The notes under the pieces are model-generated. The model made no database searches. It worked only from the letters and a program-made list of their open reading frames with translations, and was not told where the DNA came from. This document shows positions 22,013-35,619 of a DNA stretch of 64,000 nt, piece after piece. Each line of letters opens with the position of its first letter. Position 1 is the stretch's first letter. The stretch is from assembly GCF_004010195.1 (NCBI RefSeq), contig NC_057718.1:60382137-60446136 (forward strand). Direction: 5' to 3'. The stretch comes from Chiloscyllium plagiosum (taxonomy: Eukaryota). The translations under genes were made by a program, and so were the position numbers.

Positions 22013-23694
22013 CCGTGATATGAAGACATTGGATACCGCAAAGGCCTTGGTCTGAAAAACATCTTGGCAGTAATGCTAAAGACTTGATCTCCAGTTTGAG
22101 ACACATCATTTATTTGCTGTTCCTATACATTTACTGGCATTTACCTTACAACATGGAAAATTGCCCAGTTCACAAACAACAGGATAAATCTAACCCTAGA
22201 CAATTACCATCCTACCAGTCTATTCTTGATAATTAACAGTGATGGAAGGTGCCAATGTCAGTATGATCAAACAGAACTTATATAGTAACAATCTGCTCAC
22301 TGATGCTGTGTTTGTCTTCCACCAGAGCCACTTGATCCAGATCTCTTGGTTACACCTTTGCTTTAAACAGCGAAAAAGCTGACCTTAAGAAGTGAGATGA
22401 GAGTGACTGACCTTGACCTTACAACAACATTTGATGAACTGTTTCAAATTGCAGTCAATGGAGATCAGCAACAAAACTACCTACTCTCTCCAGTCACTCC
22501 CAATGTAAAGGAAGATGGTAGTTGTTGAATGCTGGCCATGTCAGATGCCATCTCTGCAGGCATTTCTCAGTTTTCCATGCTCAACATTTCCACAGTTTCT
22601 TCAATTTTTTTTTCATCATCTAAGATCAGAAGTGCTGATGAAACATTCACAAGTCCTCAGATATTGAAGCAACCTTATCCTATTTGAAACAGCTCCCAGG
22701 AAACATCTAAGGTTTGTCTGACAAGTGACAAATTTGAGATTCATCAATATCTTAGAGATTATCCTTAACCAGAAGGTGAATTGGACCAGCCAAATAAATT
22801 CTGGTACAAAAGGCATGACAGAGGACATAAAACTTGCAAACAGTAACTTGTTTCCTGAATCCTTAAAGCCTATTCACCTTTTCTACAAGGCACTGGTCAC
22901 TATTGATGCAATAGCAGAAGTCTGTATCACCTGCAAGGTGCCCTGCAGAAATTTATCAATGTTCCTTAGTCAGTAATTTCCAAAGCCATGACCATTCCAA
23001 ATCAGAAGGACAAGGCTAGCAAATACATAGGAATAACACCAATATTTCCTCTCTGAGTCACTCATTTCCTTGACTTTGAAATATATGTCACTGGGTCAAA
23101 TTCCTGGAGTCTCTGATTCAAGGGGATTCATAGAAGATGCCCCTACACAAAATGGACTGGAACAGTTTGATAAGACAGCACCAATTTGTCAAGAACAACT
23201 GAAGATGAGAAATAAATGCTGGCCTCGTTAACAAAGACCAAATCCTCTCAATGACTGATATAACTCAGACACTCTTCAAAGTAATATTTTGCTTGCTGGG
23301 AACCATTTCCATGTGTTTACTCCCACAAACCCTACTTGCTAAGTTGGGATTCAGCTTTGGGGCAGATAGGGGTGCTAGTCTGTAATGGGAAAAATATGCT
23401 GATATTTGAGCCCCACCTATTCACTCATCATGCCATTAGTGTAACTATGTTGATTCAATTTCCAGAATGGTCAATTGTTTCTCTTTTGTACTCCATCCAG
23501 AATGAAAGAAACATTCAGAAGGCTCCTTTAATGAACTCAAAATAATCCATTTATTATCAATAAAACCTTCTCTTCAAACACGTAGCAAATGCTGGTTTAT
23601 ATCTAAGCCACCATCTGGAATCGAAACAATATTCCCGAGAGAGCAGGACTTACAAAATGAGGAGATTTTGAATCAGTGAGGATTATATTTGCTG

Positions 23695-24082
23695 GAGCTC
23701 AGAAGATTGGAAGGGAGGGGAGTGGTACTTTATAGAAACCTATAAATTTTAACAGGACTAGTCAGGGTAGATGCAGAAAGAATACCATTGGAAAACCAGA
23801 ACCAAGGGTCACTGTCTAAGAATTGTCTAAGTAAACCATTTAGGACATAGTTGAAGACAAATTTCTTCACCCAGAGAATGCTGAGCCCATGGAATTTGTT
23901 ACAACTGAAAGCAATTGTGGCCAGAACATTGTGTGATTTCAAGAATGAGTTGGATATAGCACTTGTGGCTGAAAGGATCAAAGGATACAGAGAAAAGTGA
24001 GAACAGCCTATTGAGTTGAATAATCAGCCAAATGACAGACCAGGCTTCTAAGCAGGCCTACTCCTGCTTTCTATATTTCTAT
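23695..24082 (+). mobile_element. CR1 LINE 3' fragment
   Basis: ATAGAAACCTATAAA.T..AACAGGACTAG.CAGGGTAGATGCAG, TTCTTCACCCAGAGA, 3' UTR GGCCTACTCCTGCT. Confidence 0.8.
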
Positions 24083-27081
24083 ATCCCCTTAATCCCAAAC
24101 AGAGAGACACTCATATAACACAAGTCTTTGCAGATATGATTACTTATCAAGCAAATGGGAAAAAAAAGGAAAAGACTCTCTGTCAGCTAGAAATCTGGCA
24201 AGAAAATGATGACTTCTGATTTCCTGTTTTTGAAGTTGAGTTGCAAATACCAGTAACGTAGAATTTCAGTTCTGATTGCAATCAATTGATATTAGAGTCT
24301 TTAAAACATGATCCCAGTTTAGATTTTCAGGTTTCACAAGGTAGTCAGAAGTACTTCTACTGAGAAAAGAATTTCAGGAGAGATTTGTAGCTTGCAAGGT
24401 ATATTGTATGGGCTTGTAGAATAGATATCTAAGTCCAAAAAGGGTTAGTAGACAATTATTTGTATAGAAGCTTTCTTGACTTTTAAAAGCCAGGTTTTCC
24501 AGAAGTAAGGCAATAAACTATCTTATCTCATCGAAAGTTTTGCTTGGCTGTTTTCTCCGAAGTCATTTGAATTTTTTATAGCTTACATCAAAATTTTGAT
24601 CTCACTCCTTGACAAAAGCATGTTTAACCCATGAAATATCCAAACTGCTTCATATCTTCCAAGTGTTCCTCACAGTCCATAGATATTATATATATTCCCA
24701 ACAATAGTAACTATACTTCCCTGACTGTTGATTAAGGTCAAATCAACTCTTAGCACACCTACAGCTAACTTCATGCAGATTCATACTCAAGGCATCAATG
24801 CTTCTCAGCTATACCATTGGGGTATTTTATCCCCATTGGAGGATAGAGATAGAACAATTATTAAATTAATTCCCTCCAATTTAGAATAGAAGTTTTGTCA
24901 CATCTAGTAATATTTTATCTACTGTTCTATTCTGATTTTTACCAAACAAATACATTGTTACCGGAGTAACCTTTGTAATTGATCGATGTTACTGATAAAA
25001 AGATTTCTCTCACATTTTAAAGAGCCAATTTAGTTTAACTTGTTTTTGTATAAATTTCTATTCTTATTGTCTAAAGTACGGAATATTTGCTTTCCTTTCC
25101 TTTGCTGCATTTTTCACATCTTTGAACCCATTTTTTCCAACATATTGTTCATGCCATCTGCCAAGATTATACAACATAAACTTACATGAATTCCTTTTGA
25201 CTTTTATGGAACACATTTATCAGTTTTCTGGCAAATTGCTCAGTATGTATTGGTATCAATTTGTTTTAGAGGTATTTTATTGAAAAATATCAATCTGGAT
25301 CAAAATTATTTTTTAAAATAAATGGCCTTTGTGATAAATTTGCACCATTAGCATTTTGGTTTTAGAAAAAAATGCTGTACAAATTAAAGAGACAAATTAC
25401 TAGTTATGAAGAGGTAAAGACCTGTTTAAGAGATGCAGGTCACTTAATTATCAAAACTCTAAAATTTTTAATAATGTCATCTGTTGACCCTCTAAGCCCT
25501 TTAATTACAGTTTAAAATGTGAATTAAATTCAGCATGCAATTTATAAGTGGAAAACAAGGTCTTTGTCATATTTCATTAATGCTTTACCTATCTGAGTAT
25601 TTAATTAAGATCGCAGAATTAATACCAAATGATTGTCATGGAAGAGCTCAAAAGAAAATCAAATGTGCACAATTAGCCCTGAAACTTTTTTTGCTTATTC
25701 TTCTCCAGCTTGAAGTTAAGTCATATGTGGTAAAGAATAGCTGATTTCCATTTTATGTTATGAGACATTTACATTATGTTCATACATTTGTAAATAAATT
25801 GGCCTCCCACCTGTTCTGTCATTTTATTGCACTATAGATTTTATTTCTTAAAGTGCGCTGTCACATTTTGCACGGTAATGATGAGACGGTAATGATGTTG
25901 TCCTCCTGCTGAAATCAAACTTCTGCACCGAATGTTCAAATAGCAAAGGAACTCACTTGGAAAAAAATAAAGAAAAATCACAGAATGTGTCGAAAAATTA
26001 TAGAACTTGAGAAAATTCATTTGGCTATCACGCTTTCAGCAGTTTAACAATACAGCTACTGAAGCATCTAACTAGCTTACTTTGCATTTTATGTGTGCCT
26101 TAGAAAGCAAGGTATATTATTTTCTTCTCTTGCCATAAGACAGATGTAAGGGAGGCAATGTATTCAGTTAGTTTTGAGAGGCAAGTACTTTGGGCTGGGG
26201 TGTAAAGTGTTACCTTTTTTCGTTGCCAGCCATTTAAGCTCAAGTTGATGAAGGCAGTGGCATGCAATGAGTAAACATAAACACCTGCTTCATACTGAGC
26301 TCGTAGCTTCCAGTAGATTTTTTGAATTAAACTTCCTAGTACAGGAAGGAAACGAGAGCTGCCTCAAAGGTTCATGTTCAGTTAAACTCTTGGTTATTTT
26401 TAAATGTGTTATCTGACACAATTATCTTTAGACTCGGCCAATGCATACACACATGGTTTACAATTATCTATTGACCAGCATCCAAGTGCAACAAAGAAAC
26501 TGTAAAATAAATAAGAACTTGGAAGGATTGCTTATCTCCATTGATTTTTTTTTAATGCAGATAAATAACAAAACATTTTAAATTGGACTGATGGGGAGTG
26601 ATGTCGAACACGATATTTAGGCAGAGATCCAAGCCCTTTGTTTCTTCCCTGACCCTTCCCTAAAGGCTTGTGATACTCTTTCCTGATTTGGCCCACGATC
26701 AATATCTTTTTCTATCCATCCTTCCACATGCTCCTTCTCCTTCACAGAAGTTCCTAGGTCTTATCTTACCATGAAATAGCTCACAAGTCATTAAAATAGT
26801 CTGTCATAATCCTTCTAAGACATCACTTTATTACTTTTAGTAGATTGAAAATCCAAGTATCCTTTTTACTCAGTACAGATGCCATATTGAAACATTGGTA
26901 ACATTATCCCTCAAAGTTCTAATTCTTCTTTTATCTACAAAAATTAAAAAAAAGTATTTTTGATGCTAAGATTTCCAAATATTGAACTTTGGACCTTAAA
27001 TGACTTAAATAATGTAGTTTCCATGTAGTTTTCTCCTTGCAGTTTTTATTTACTGATTTTATTCTTTGGAACTTAACTAGT

Positions 27082-27402
27082 GGGCGGCACGGTGGCACAG
27101 TGGTTTGCACTGCTGCCTCACAGCGCCAGAGACACGGGTTCAATTCCCGCCTCAGGCAACTGACTGTGTGGAGTTTGCACGTTCTCCCCGTGTCTGCGTG
27201 GGTTTCCTTCGGGTGCTCCGGTTTCCTCCCACAGTCACAAAGATGTGCAGGGTCAGGTGAATTGGCCATACTAAATTGCCTGTAGTGTTAAGTAAGGGGT
27301 AAATGTAGGGGTATGGGTGGGTTTCGCTTCGGCGGGTCGGTGTGGACTTGTTGGGCCGAAGGGCCTGTTTCCACACTGTAATCTAATCTAATCTAAATCT
27401 AA
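27082..27402 (+). mobile_element. HE1-type SINE, young full-length copy
   Basis: GGGCGGCACGGTGGCACAGTGG (A box), GGGTTCAATTCCC (B box), CpGs retained, (AATCT)n tail. Confidence 0.97.
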
Positions 27403-28750
27403 TAGCATGATAGCCAAATGGATTTTCTCAAGTTCACATCCAATGAAAGAATGTGAATCTGGAATGGGCCAGTCTAGACTCCATGCCAAATTATGGGCTA
27501 TAGTTTAAAATATAATCTGTTGGTAATTGCAGTGCGAGATACAGTACAAAATTATGAGGGGATCCTCATGATTCATTTGCATACACCTGAGCAAAGACCC
27601 AGACTTTGGAATTTGTTTGATATCGAAGATTGAAACTGTTTCCTGTAATTTTCTTCCTGTAATATTATTTAGCTTGTTTCTTTTTAAAACCTTTCTGTTT
27701 TCTCTATCTATGTTATACAGCAATTAAAAAAAATAAATTCTCAAATACCTATAACTGTGTTCAGTTATTAGGGCAAATTTTTACTTTGTTATTTTTGTCT
27801 TTGTCCATAATTATCAGGGATCCAGAGTTGTGGTCTCATCAATTGAAGTGTTGCACACATTACTTTGTCACAATTGTACTATTTTCAAGCTTAGTTTTTG
27901 TATCAATTGAATGTTACCCTATTGTCACACATGGTATTTCAAAATTTTATAAGCAACATCATAGCTGCAGATTATAATACTGGTTCATTCATAGACCAAT
28001 TAAACATGTAATTACATCATGTATCTACACAGGCAAATAGGAACCAGCAGATGTAAATTCAGTTGCTGTGTGGAGAAAGACCCTGAAATGGCACACCTGA
28101 CCGGCTGTCAAGAAAACTTCAAATGGGTGAACTTAAAAAGGCAGAAGTATGTTACAAACTAAACTGTAATCTCCTTGGAGTTATTTTTGACTTGAAAATG
28201 ATGAGAGAAAAAAATCAGGTCTGGTAAGAGATAGGTTTTCTTTTCTCTTTCCCTTTCAAAAATATGCAAGAACAGAGGTTGGAATCCAATTGAAATCTGG
28301 TCTCTGTGTCCTAGTTCAATAAGGTGTGTTTGTGGAAAAAGGTTTGCTGCTCAGTTGAGGTACTTGTGTGTCCTACCCTGAGTTAGAATGCCAGTGTGCT
28401 GCAAAGATCCCAGGAAAAGATCTGTCCATTGTCCTGCATTGTTGGGAATTTTCTCATTTTAAGTGCTAGAAGATATTTAACCAGACAGCCAGTCGAAAGA
28501 AAACAGAACAAAATAATTTCAATTAATTAGCAAAGCCAACAATCTTGAAATTGAGTGCATGCCTCCACTAGCTATTCTTATTGAATGACCCAGACACTGA
28601 ACCATTTATCTTGTTCATTTTTGGACTCACTTCTCATTCCTAATCTGTGTTTACATATACTGCCTTATTATGTGCTCCCCAGCTTAGTAATGTGTTTTTA
28701 ACTCAAGAAAAGCTGATTAAGTTTGCTCTTTTTGGTCTTGAGGAAACATA

Positions 28751-28960
28751 TTCTGGATTAGTGGTGCTGGAAAAGCATAGCAGTAAAATTGATGTTTCGG
28801 GAAAAAGCCCTTCATCAGGAATACAGTCCTGTATTCCTAATGAAGGGCTTTTGCCCAAAACGTCGATTTTCCTGCTCCTCTGATGCCACCTGAACTGCTA
28901 TGCTTTTCCAGCACCACTAATCCAGAATCTGGTTTCCAGCATCTGCAGTCATTATTTTTA
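28751..28960. mobile_element. Penelope-derived inverted mini-element with two opposed (decayed) hammerhead motifs
   Basis: TSD TCTTGAGGAAA(C/T)ATA at 28736-28750 and 28961-28975; palindrome centred on 28827-28828. Confidence 0.87.
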
Positions 28961-30767
28961 TCTTGAGGAAATATATTCAGAAGGAGGACATCATTTTTAA
29001 ATTAAAATTGTTGTGACCACACAGGTGGGCAGGTTAATAAAGAAGGGGAGCAACTTCATCCCTCTACACCTCGGAGCCTGTTAACTTGAAATATTACATC
29101 TGAAACTGCAATGATTTTGGGAAACTTCACCTGGGATCTAGTCATGAGAGTATTTTTTTCTAATAATGCAGTAATTGAATAGTTTCTGTTGTGAGGACAC
29201 ATCCTGAACCATCAGCAACTCTAATTATAATTTTTTATTTAATTGCCTTGAAACGATTTAGTGCAATATACATTCCAAACAACCAGAAATCTTATTTTGA
29301 AACAAATTCATACCATCATTATTATAACTTTTCTGTTTCAGGTAAACTTGGAGGCAAAGTGAAAAGTGTACAAGTTTGGATTGACATCAGCTAATCAAAA
29401 TGGGCAGGTTTCACTCATATTCTACAACTGAATTCAGTAGCAACAATGACTGGAAATCATGGTCCATCATCAATATCCATTGTTTTACACATTTGAAAAG
29501 CATAATGAGTCACTTAACCGGTACAAGTGATAAAATATCGTTCCCACCAGCTATAGATTGCACAAGTGTGAGAAAAAAAGGCTTTATGTTATTGGCTACT
29601 CATTCAATTTGTAAAGCCCACTTAACTGACCAGTGCGTGGAGCTTGATAGTTAATGTGATCACCCAAAGAGATAAACATTATGGTGCTTTATAGTGATGA
29701 GCGAAGCTCGATCAAAGCATTAGTTGCTCATATAGTAGCAACTACAATGTAAGTTCAGGGCCAATAATCAAGGCAGAGTATATAACAGGCTAAGGGAGTT
29801 TGGTGAGATTAATACAGTGGTAGTCTGGAGAGAGGATAAAAATATGCCATGAATAAAATCATCATAGAGAATTTACAATAAAGTGAAGCATCATCAAAGA
29901 ATAATTTTGTATTTTTTGCTTTGGGAAAGTGAACCAGAAGGTGCTATTACCATGATTGTAAACTGAATAACAAAGAAATTTAGAACATTAAAGAAAAATG
30001 GGTGGACAATGGTCTAAGTTATTGATTAATGATAATCATAGTATGACAATGAATGATAGAAAATAAAACATAAAAATGGTACCAGCAAATAGGATTAGTG
30101 TAAGAGAAAGGCTGCTGCTGCTGTCTGTAGCTACTTCCACCGGGAGATTTACTGTCATGGTATATAGCTTTCTTGTCTGTTATATGTCATCATCACTTTA
30201 GGTCTTCTGCAATCACTCTGTAACAACTTCACTCAAGTCAACCTCACTTTCTGCTGCCCTCCATTTTTCCCTCAAGAAGATACATTTTTAGCTTTTCAGC
30301 TTTGATCAAATGGTCAAAATACTGATATTTTCTTTTAGGATGCTTCTTTTTAGAGTTCTCTTTGTTTTTGCAATTTTACATAGATTTTATATGTGGACTT
30401 TGAGCATATGTTTTAACAGAACAAAAGCCTCTATTTTCTTCCACAGATCTTTATTCCTTGTCCAGGATTCTGAGGCACAGGAGATTGCATAGAATTAGCA
30501 GTATATGAGTTTTTGTTCCTTGTCACAGTCTTGAATTTGTTTATTGCTAATACATCCTTCACCTTCACAAAATTACTTCTTGCTATCTCCAGCCTTCTTT
30601 TGGATCATGTCTGCCATCTTCTGTTACTATTTGTCTTAGGGAGACAAGCTTCTTTCAGTTTGACACCATCCATTTTAATCATTCTCCTCAGGCATTCCTT
30701 CCAAGTATGATTGCTGCCAGTCTATGAGTAACTTGGTAGCATCCATTGCAGATTCCTAGTGACTATT

Positions 30768-31096
30768 CAAAGAATTTACAGTGTGGAAACAGGTCATTTG
30801 GCCCATTGAGTCCACAACAACCTCTGACAAGTATCCCACACTGATCCACCCCATATCTGTAACTCTGCATCTCCCATGGATAATCCACCCAGCCTGCACA
30901 TCTGTGGACACCATGGGCAATTTAGCATCGCCAATACACTTAACCTGCACATCTTTGGAGTGTGGGAGGAAACTGGAGGAAATCTATGCAGACATGGAGA
31001 GAATGTGCAAACTCTGTGCAACTACTGTGGCTGGAATCAAACCAAGATATCTGGCGCTGTGAGGCAGCAGTGCTAATGACTCAGTGACTATGCCAC
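30768..31096 (-). mobile_element. HE1-type SINE, older copy
   Basis: ACAGTGTGGAAACAGG..TTTGGCCC, GGGCAATTTAGCAT, GGAGAGAATGTGCAAACTC, CTGGCGCTGTGAGGCAGCAGTGCTAA. Confidence 0.88.
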
Positions 31097-31464
31097 TCTT
31101 TAGAAATGGAAGGCCAATTGTTGCATTTTCACTGAGCAAATTGACTATTTCTTGAAGATGACTATTAATTCTTTGTTCTAAACCTAGATGTTTCCAAGTG
31201 AGAGGAAATCTCAATGTTGAGTTAAAATTTGGGTCATGGAGCAGCATGCTAGGCTGGTACAGTATTATTGGTGATCTTTCCATCTGCAGCTAATTGACAT
31301 CAGGTTAACCTATGGAATAGGAAAGACAGAGTGGTGGACAACAAGGATTTCTTGTAGGTTAAGTATCAATTCCATATCTAAAGTGCAGTATGTTATCTTC
31401 ATACAGACTGTACACATTGAGGGCATTGAAAGAGTTGCTGAACAAGAAAGACTGGAGGAATGAC

Positions 31465-31825
31465 CTGGTTAAAGGAAGGACAGCTCATTAGTTCAGTGAC
31501 ATCTCTCTGGATGTACTCCTGCAAGTGTTAAAAACAATTTTAAAAATTGACTCTCCCAGTCAATGGGAAGAGTAAGTCAGCTTTATTCATGACAAACAGA
31601 GTGCTTGGGAACAGTGGTAGCCACTCTCCCACTGAGCCAGAAAGTCCCAATTCAAGTCCCATCTGCTCTGAGATGTGCCATAATATGTCTTAGCAGAGTG
31701 ATTAAAAATATTTATTACCTGATGGCTTGAGATGACAAGGAAGTTAGCAGTGACTAGATGGTTGCAATCACTGTTGAATGCATGTGAGGAATGTCAAATG
31801 ATTTAAACCAAGGCATGAAGGACGT
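31465..31825 (+). pseudogene. Harbinger Myb/SANT-like DNA-binding gene relic (element C), split by a short SINE
   Basis: KGRTAH*FSDISLDVLLQV (cf. RAPRFSDASLEVLL); after the SINE, WLEM..KLAV and TGTGAGGAATGTCAAATGATTTA (cf. CRKRxNDL). Confidence 0.55.
31600..31712 (+). mobile_element. Short tRNA-derived SINE
   Basis: CAGTGGTAG...CCCACTGAGCCAGAAAG.CC.A.TTCAAGTCCCA.CTGCTC.GAG.TGTG.CATAA; related copy at 53155-53260. Confidence 0.55.
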
Positions 31826-31901
31826 CTCTAAATCAATGCAACCTTCCGTCCACTCCTTGGATGCAATACACAAATTTACAGTGCATAAAATAGATTAAAA
31901 T

Positions 31902-32110
31902 ATTACCATAGTCTTACGAGATCATAGGGCTGCTCTTTCATTACAGAGATGTCTTGTAGTTGTTTAACCTGAGGGTCACTGCACCTCAAGTGAGGGGAAA
32001 GGTTGAGAGAAGAGTCCTTCATTGTAACCTTAACCAGTGCAGGATCTGAGCACAAAATGTTGGTGTCTCTCTGTATTACTAACTAGCCATGCAGCCAACT
32101 CAGTTAACCA
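31902..32110 (-). mobile_element. Ancient tRNA-derived SINE (possibly UCON3-like)
   Basis: Reverse complement has GGTTAACTGAGTTGGCT head, AAGGACTCTTCTCTCAACCT.TCCCC, GTGACCCTCAGGTTAAAC and GAGCAGCCCTATG; exact family uncertain. Confidence 0.55.
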
Positions 32111-33294
32111 CTTCCCATGAGGTAGATTGCATTCTTGTTATGAATTGCTTCTCTAAATTTCCCATTGTTCAATTACTTGGTGACACAACAAGCATTAACT
32201 GGCATTGACATGATAAGCACTATTTTCCATTTATGTGGTATCCCAGATCAAATAGTGTCTGATAACAGACCACAATACACAGGCAACTAGTCCAAGACAT
32301 ATGTACTAAGTGATGAGTAATGCAGATCACATTTTGACCCTATTAATTACAGTCGAGCAGAATGCATGGTATATCTAGCAAATTGATGATCACCAATTGT
32401 CAAGCAACAAAGCAACATCTTAACATTACACTGCTGCATTTTCATGAAACTTCAATGGAGAAAGGATTACCCATCCCAGCTCAACTTACACTGGGAAGGC
32501 AAGAGTGAACAATCTTGTCCAGCAAGAAATTGTCAAAACATTCCTAAACAGGGGTGTTCTTCTTCATTGACAGAGGTAAATTAAGGATATACACAATGTA
32601 GAGCAAGTAGAGGACTACCTGGACTGCATAAAGAGTTAGATATCCAAATCCAAATTAGTAGGTTCCAAGAAAAAATTTAAAAATGTAACCAACCCAGATC
32701 AAAATCATTACAGATTATGGTGCTACGTTGTAAAGAAACAGAAATCAGCCCAGGCCAATCTGTATGGCACACTAATCATGCACAAAGAGATTAATGAAGA
32801 ACACTCCAATTATGATGATTGTATAATGATGTTGAGTGACAGCAACTAGCAGCAGAACAACCAAGTTATCAAACAAGTGGAATAGAGAACATTACATACT
32901 TTTCCAGATAGATAAATTATCATCAAATTATAACATTTTGTCAAACCTCCAAATAATTAGATTGGATTATGAAATGTTAGTCTTGCAAACTCTTTTAACT
33001 GTCTGTTTAATTATCAGATTGACAACTTATACCAATGCAGAACCATGAATATCTGTTTGAGATAAGTTTTTGTCAATAGATAAAAAAGAGATGTCATGTT
33101 ATGTCTCACAGTCAGTATTCTGCCTTACCTTGGATCACTTGAATCATGACACAACACAACACAGGTACTCCTCTGTTGTAATGCAGTACCTTAATACTAG
33201 CTAAGACAGGTTTCCTCCTGAGGAATGTAATATTTACGTAGTTAGTATTAATAAACACTTGTTCAATTCTTCACTACCATCATATCCATGTCCA

Positions 33295-33930
33295 GTTTCT
33301 AATGTTATGGGCAATGACATAGGCATTGCTGCATCAGGTAAAACACCCTATTGGACGAAAATCCATTGATCACTTTGATCTCTAACCTGATAGTTATATT
33401 TAAAACATTTGAATTATGAACTAGATTTTCTCAACAATAACCATCCATACACAGTGGTGGAATCTATCTGTGCTGACTTCACTCTGGTATTTGGGTGCAT
33501 GGCTTCTTCCATTCAGACAGTGTTAACTCTACGGAGACCCAAATGCAGCAAACCACCTAATGGATGTAGGAGGTGTGCCTGGCTTCGAAAGGATTGCCTT
33601 GTGTATGAGCTGTGTTGAGTAATGGGTAGGTGAGCTGGCCCAAGATGTATGAATCCAATGCCAAGTATCCATTATTCCAGATAAGCAGTGAAGAATGGGT
33701 GAACCTTGACAGGCTTGAGGAGCAGTTGCCTAAAACAAATGGTATGTCTTCTCAAAGCACAATGAAACATTGCTGACTTTGATGATGGCATGAGACCTTC
33801 ATGAAAGCCCAACTGGTTCAAGCACAGATGTAGGTGGTTTTCAAGATGCCAAATTCCTCTAGGGCTCAGGCAGTTAGAGATTGTCATGGCCACAGGAATA
33901 GAAAAGGATTGTCCAGATCAATTTCAACTG
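33295..33930 (-). pseudogene. PIF/Harbinger transposase relic C (convergent with Myb at 31465)
   Basis: Minus-strand remnants in the expected order: PVAMTISNCL (PVAVKVTxAL), HAIIKVSNV, KYQS, YGWLL, AHNI; highly decayed. Confidence 0.4.
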
Positions 33931-35619
33931 AAGGCACCAGAGCATGATATAAAAACCATATCACTCACGCAAACTAATCTCAAATCTCAACCGATAATAG
34001 CTTTTCACTGAGCATGACAGCTCCCCCAGTACTCCATACCTCGACAGACCCAGGACAGACTCAGTGTATGTGGACACTGGTGGTTTAACATGTCCATGAA
34101 GTGAAGCCTTTCTGCAAATCTTTCACAGCAATTTCTGTGAACATTCATCTGCATTTTTCCCCTACATATCATCCTCCTAAATGCACCTTTGCAGCCTCAT
34201 AAGGCTGGTGCTCCTCTGGTTCATATGGCTACTTTAAAACATTCCCACACAGCATTAGCAGCATGCACAATGCTTTAGAAACTCTGGCTAGCTCCTCCAA
34301 GGGACTGTTCTCTATATCCTGAAGGAAGAAGCCCATTTCATGATGTCAGTTATCTCTTTCAGGTACTACCTGACTTTGACAACAGTTTCTGCTCTCCCCC
34401 TCATGCAGCACATACTTGGAAAATTAAAGCTTTCACAGGTATTTATCAATGAAATGACACAGCAAGAAATTCTAAATGCATCCCTCACTATCAAAAATTA
34501 TTTGTATGATTGTCAACCCCCATAATTCTGTCTCCACTTGTTGCATTGAATCTGGAAGACACTTTTCCAGTAAATACCATCTGATATTGTCTTAGATGCT
34601 GCAATCCTTCCAAATATTTAATCCTTCATTTAATATGCCTGCCTGTTTGAAAACATAGCTGCACTCAATAATTCCAGTCAACATACACCCACCTGCTTTG
34701 AGGAACCGAGTCACTGATTCACCATGGAACCCAGACACCCCAGGGAAGATTTAATATCTATTTCAAAATCCCCCTCAGTTGTTTGCTAAAAGCCTTAACT
34801 GCCTACGCAACATTAGCCAGCACAGATCAAAGACTCTAATGCATCCCTCCCTATTTTACCTACTCCTCTGGCTCCAAGTCCATCACATGGAGATGGTAAA
34901 ATGCAACTATTATCACATAAGAAATAGTTTGCGAAAAGAAAGAAAGAAATTTGGATAGGGCTGTTGGATATCCTGCCAATACCCTTGCCTCAAGGTCTGA
35001 ATTCAGATTGACTCAAGGCGGAAGTTTACTCTCAACGCTACTTTGTTTATTTCTGACAATGTTCTTAAGGTAATATCCAATATCTAACTTAAGTTTAATT
35101 CTGAAAACATCTTTTGAGTTTGAGCAGAGAAAATCTTATTTCATTTGATGAAATATTTTTAAGATCTTTTATTGTATGGTTAAAATACAAAACTTTTGTC
35201 CATAATGTATAAATTCAATTGAAAGAAATCGCAATATTGTTAATGTCAGAGAATAAAGTAAATATTATTTGTCTAACTTCATCAAAGTTTTGATGTGACA
35301 CGTGATGTATGATATTTGCATATTAAGTAAATAATTGTTTGACAATTAGAACTGCATTTAGAGTTCCTTAATATGACATTTCAGTAATAAATACCAAGAC
35401 TACAGCAAACGTTGTCTCATTTAAACACTCAACAACTGGTTTATGATACCAAATGAAATACAACTGAATGTTGTAGATTGGACCATTCATCATGAAATAA
35501 TTTTGAAAATATGACAACCTTTTCATCTTTTACAATGAGAGCATTGAAGACATCTATGTTTATAATTGTGTTGCTTTGACTTAGTTCATCAAATATATGA
35601 CAATAATGTGAAGCCACAG

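Larger units (their letters stand above)
18615..23260 (+). mobile_element. Degraded near-full-length SacSINE1-partner CR1-clade LINE, with several later insertions
   Basis: SINE-like head 18615-18755; Deu-like segment 19285-19400; APE-like segment 19440-19800; KDKDEAFATVFSQK at 21040-21085; RT-like WKIAQ..KQQDKSNP.NYHP at 22150-22215; 3' tail AAATAAATGCTGGCC at 23210. Confidence 0.65.

Noticed and set aside
27082..27155. tRNA gene
   Set aside because: The A/B boxes belong to the SINE head and continue into the SINE body and tail.
29341..29407. Possible exon after TTTTCTGTTTCAG
   Set aside because: All frames stop within ~55 nt and the donor is weak.
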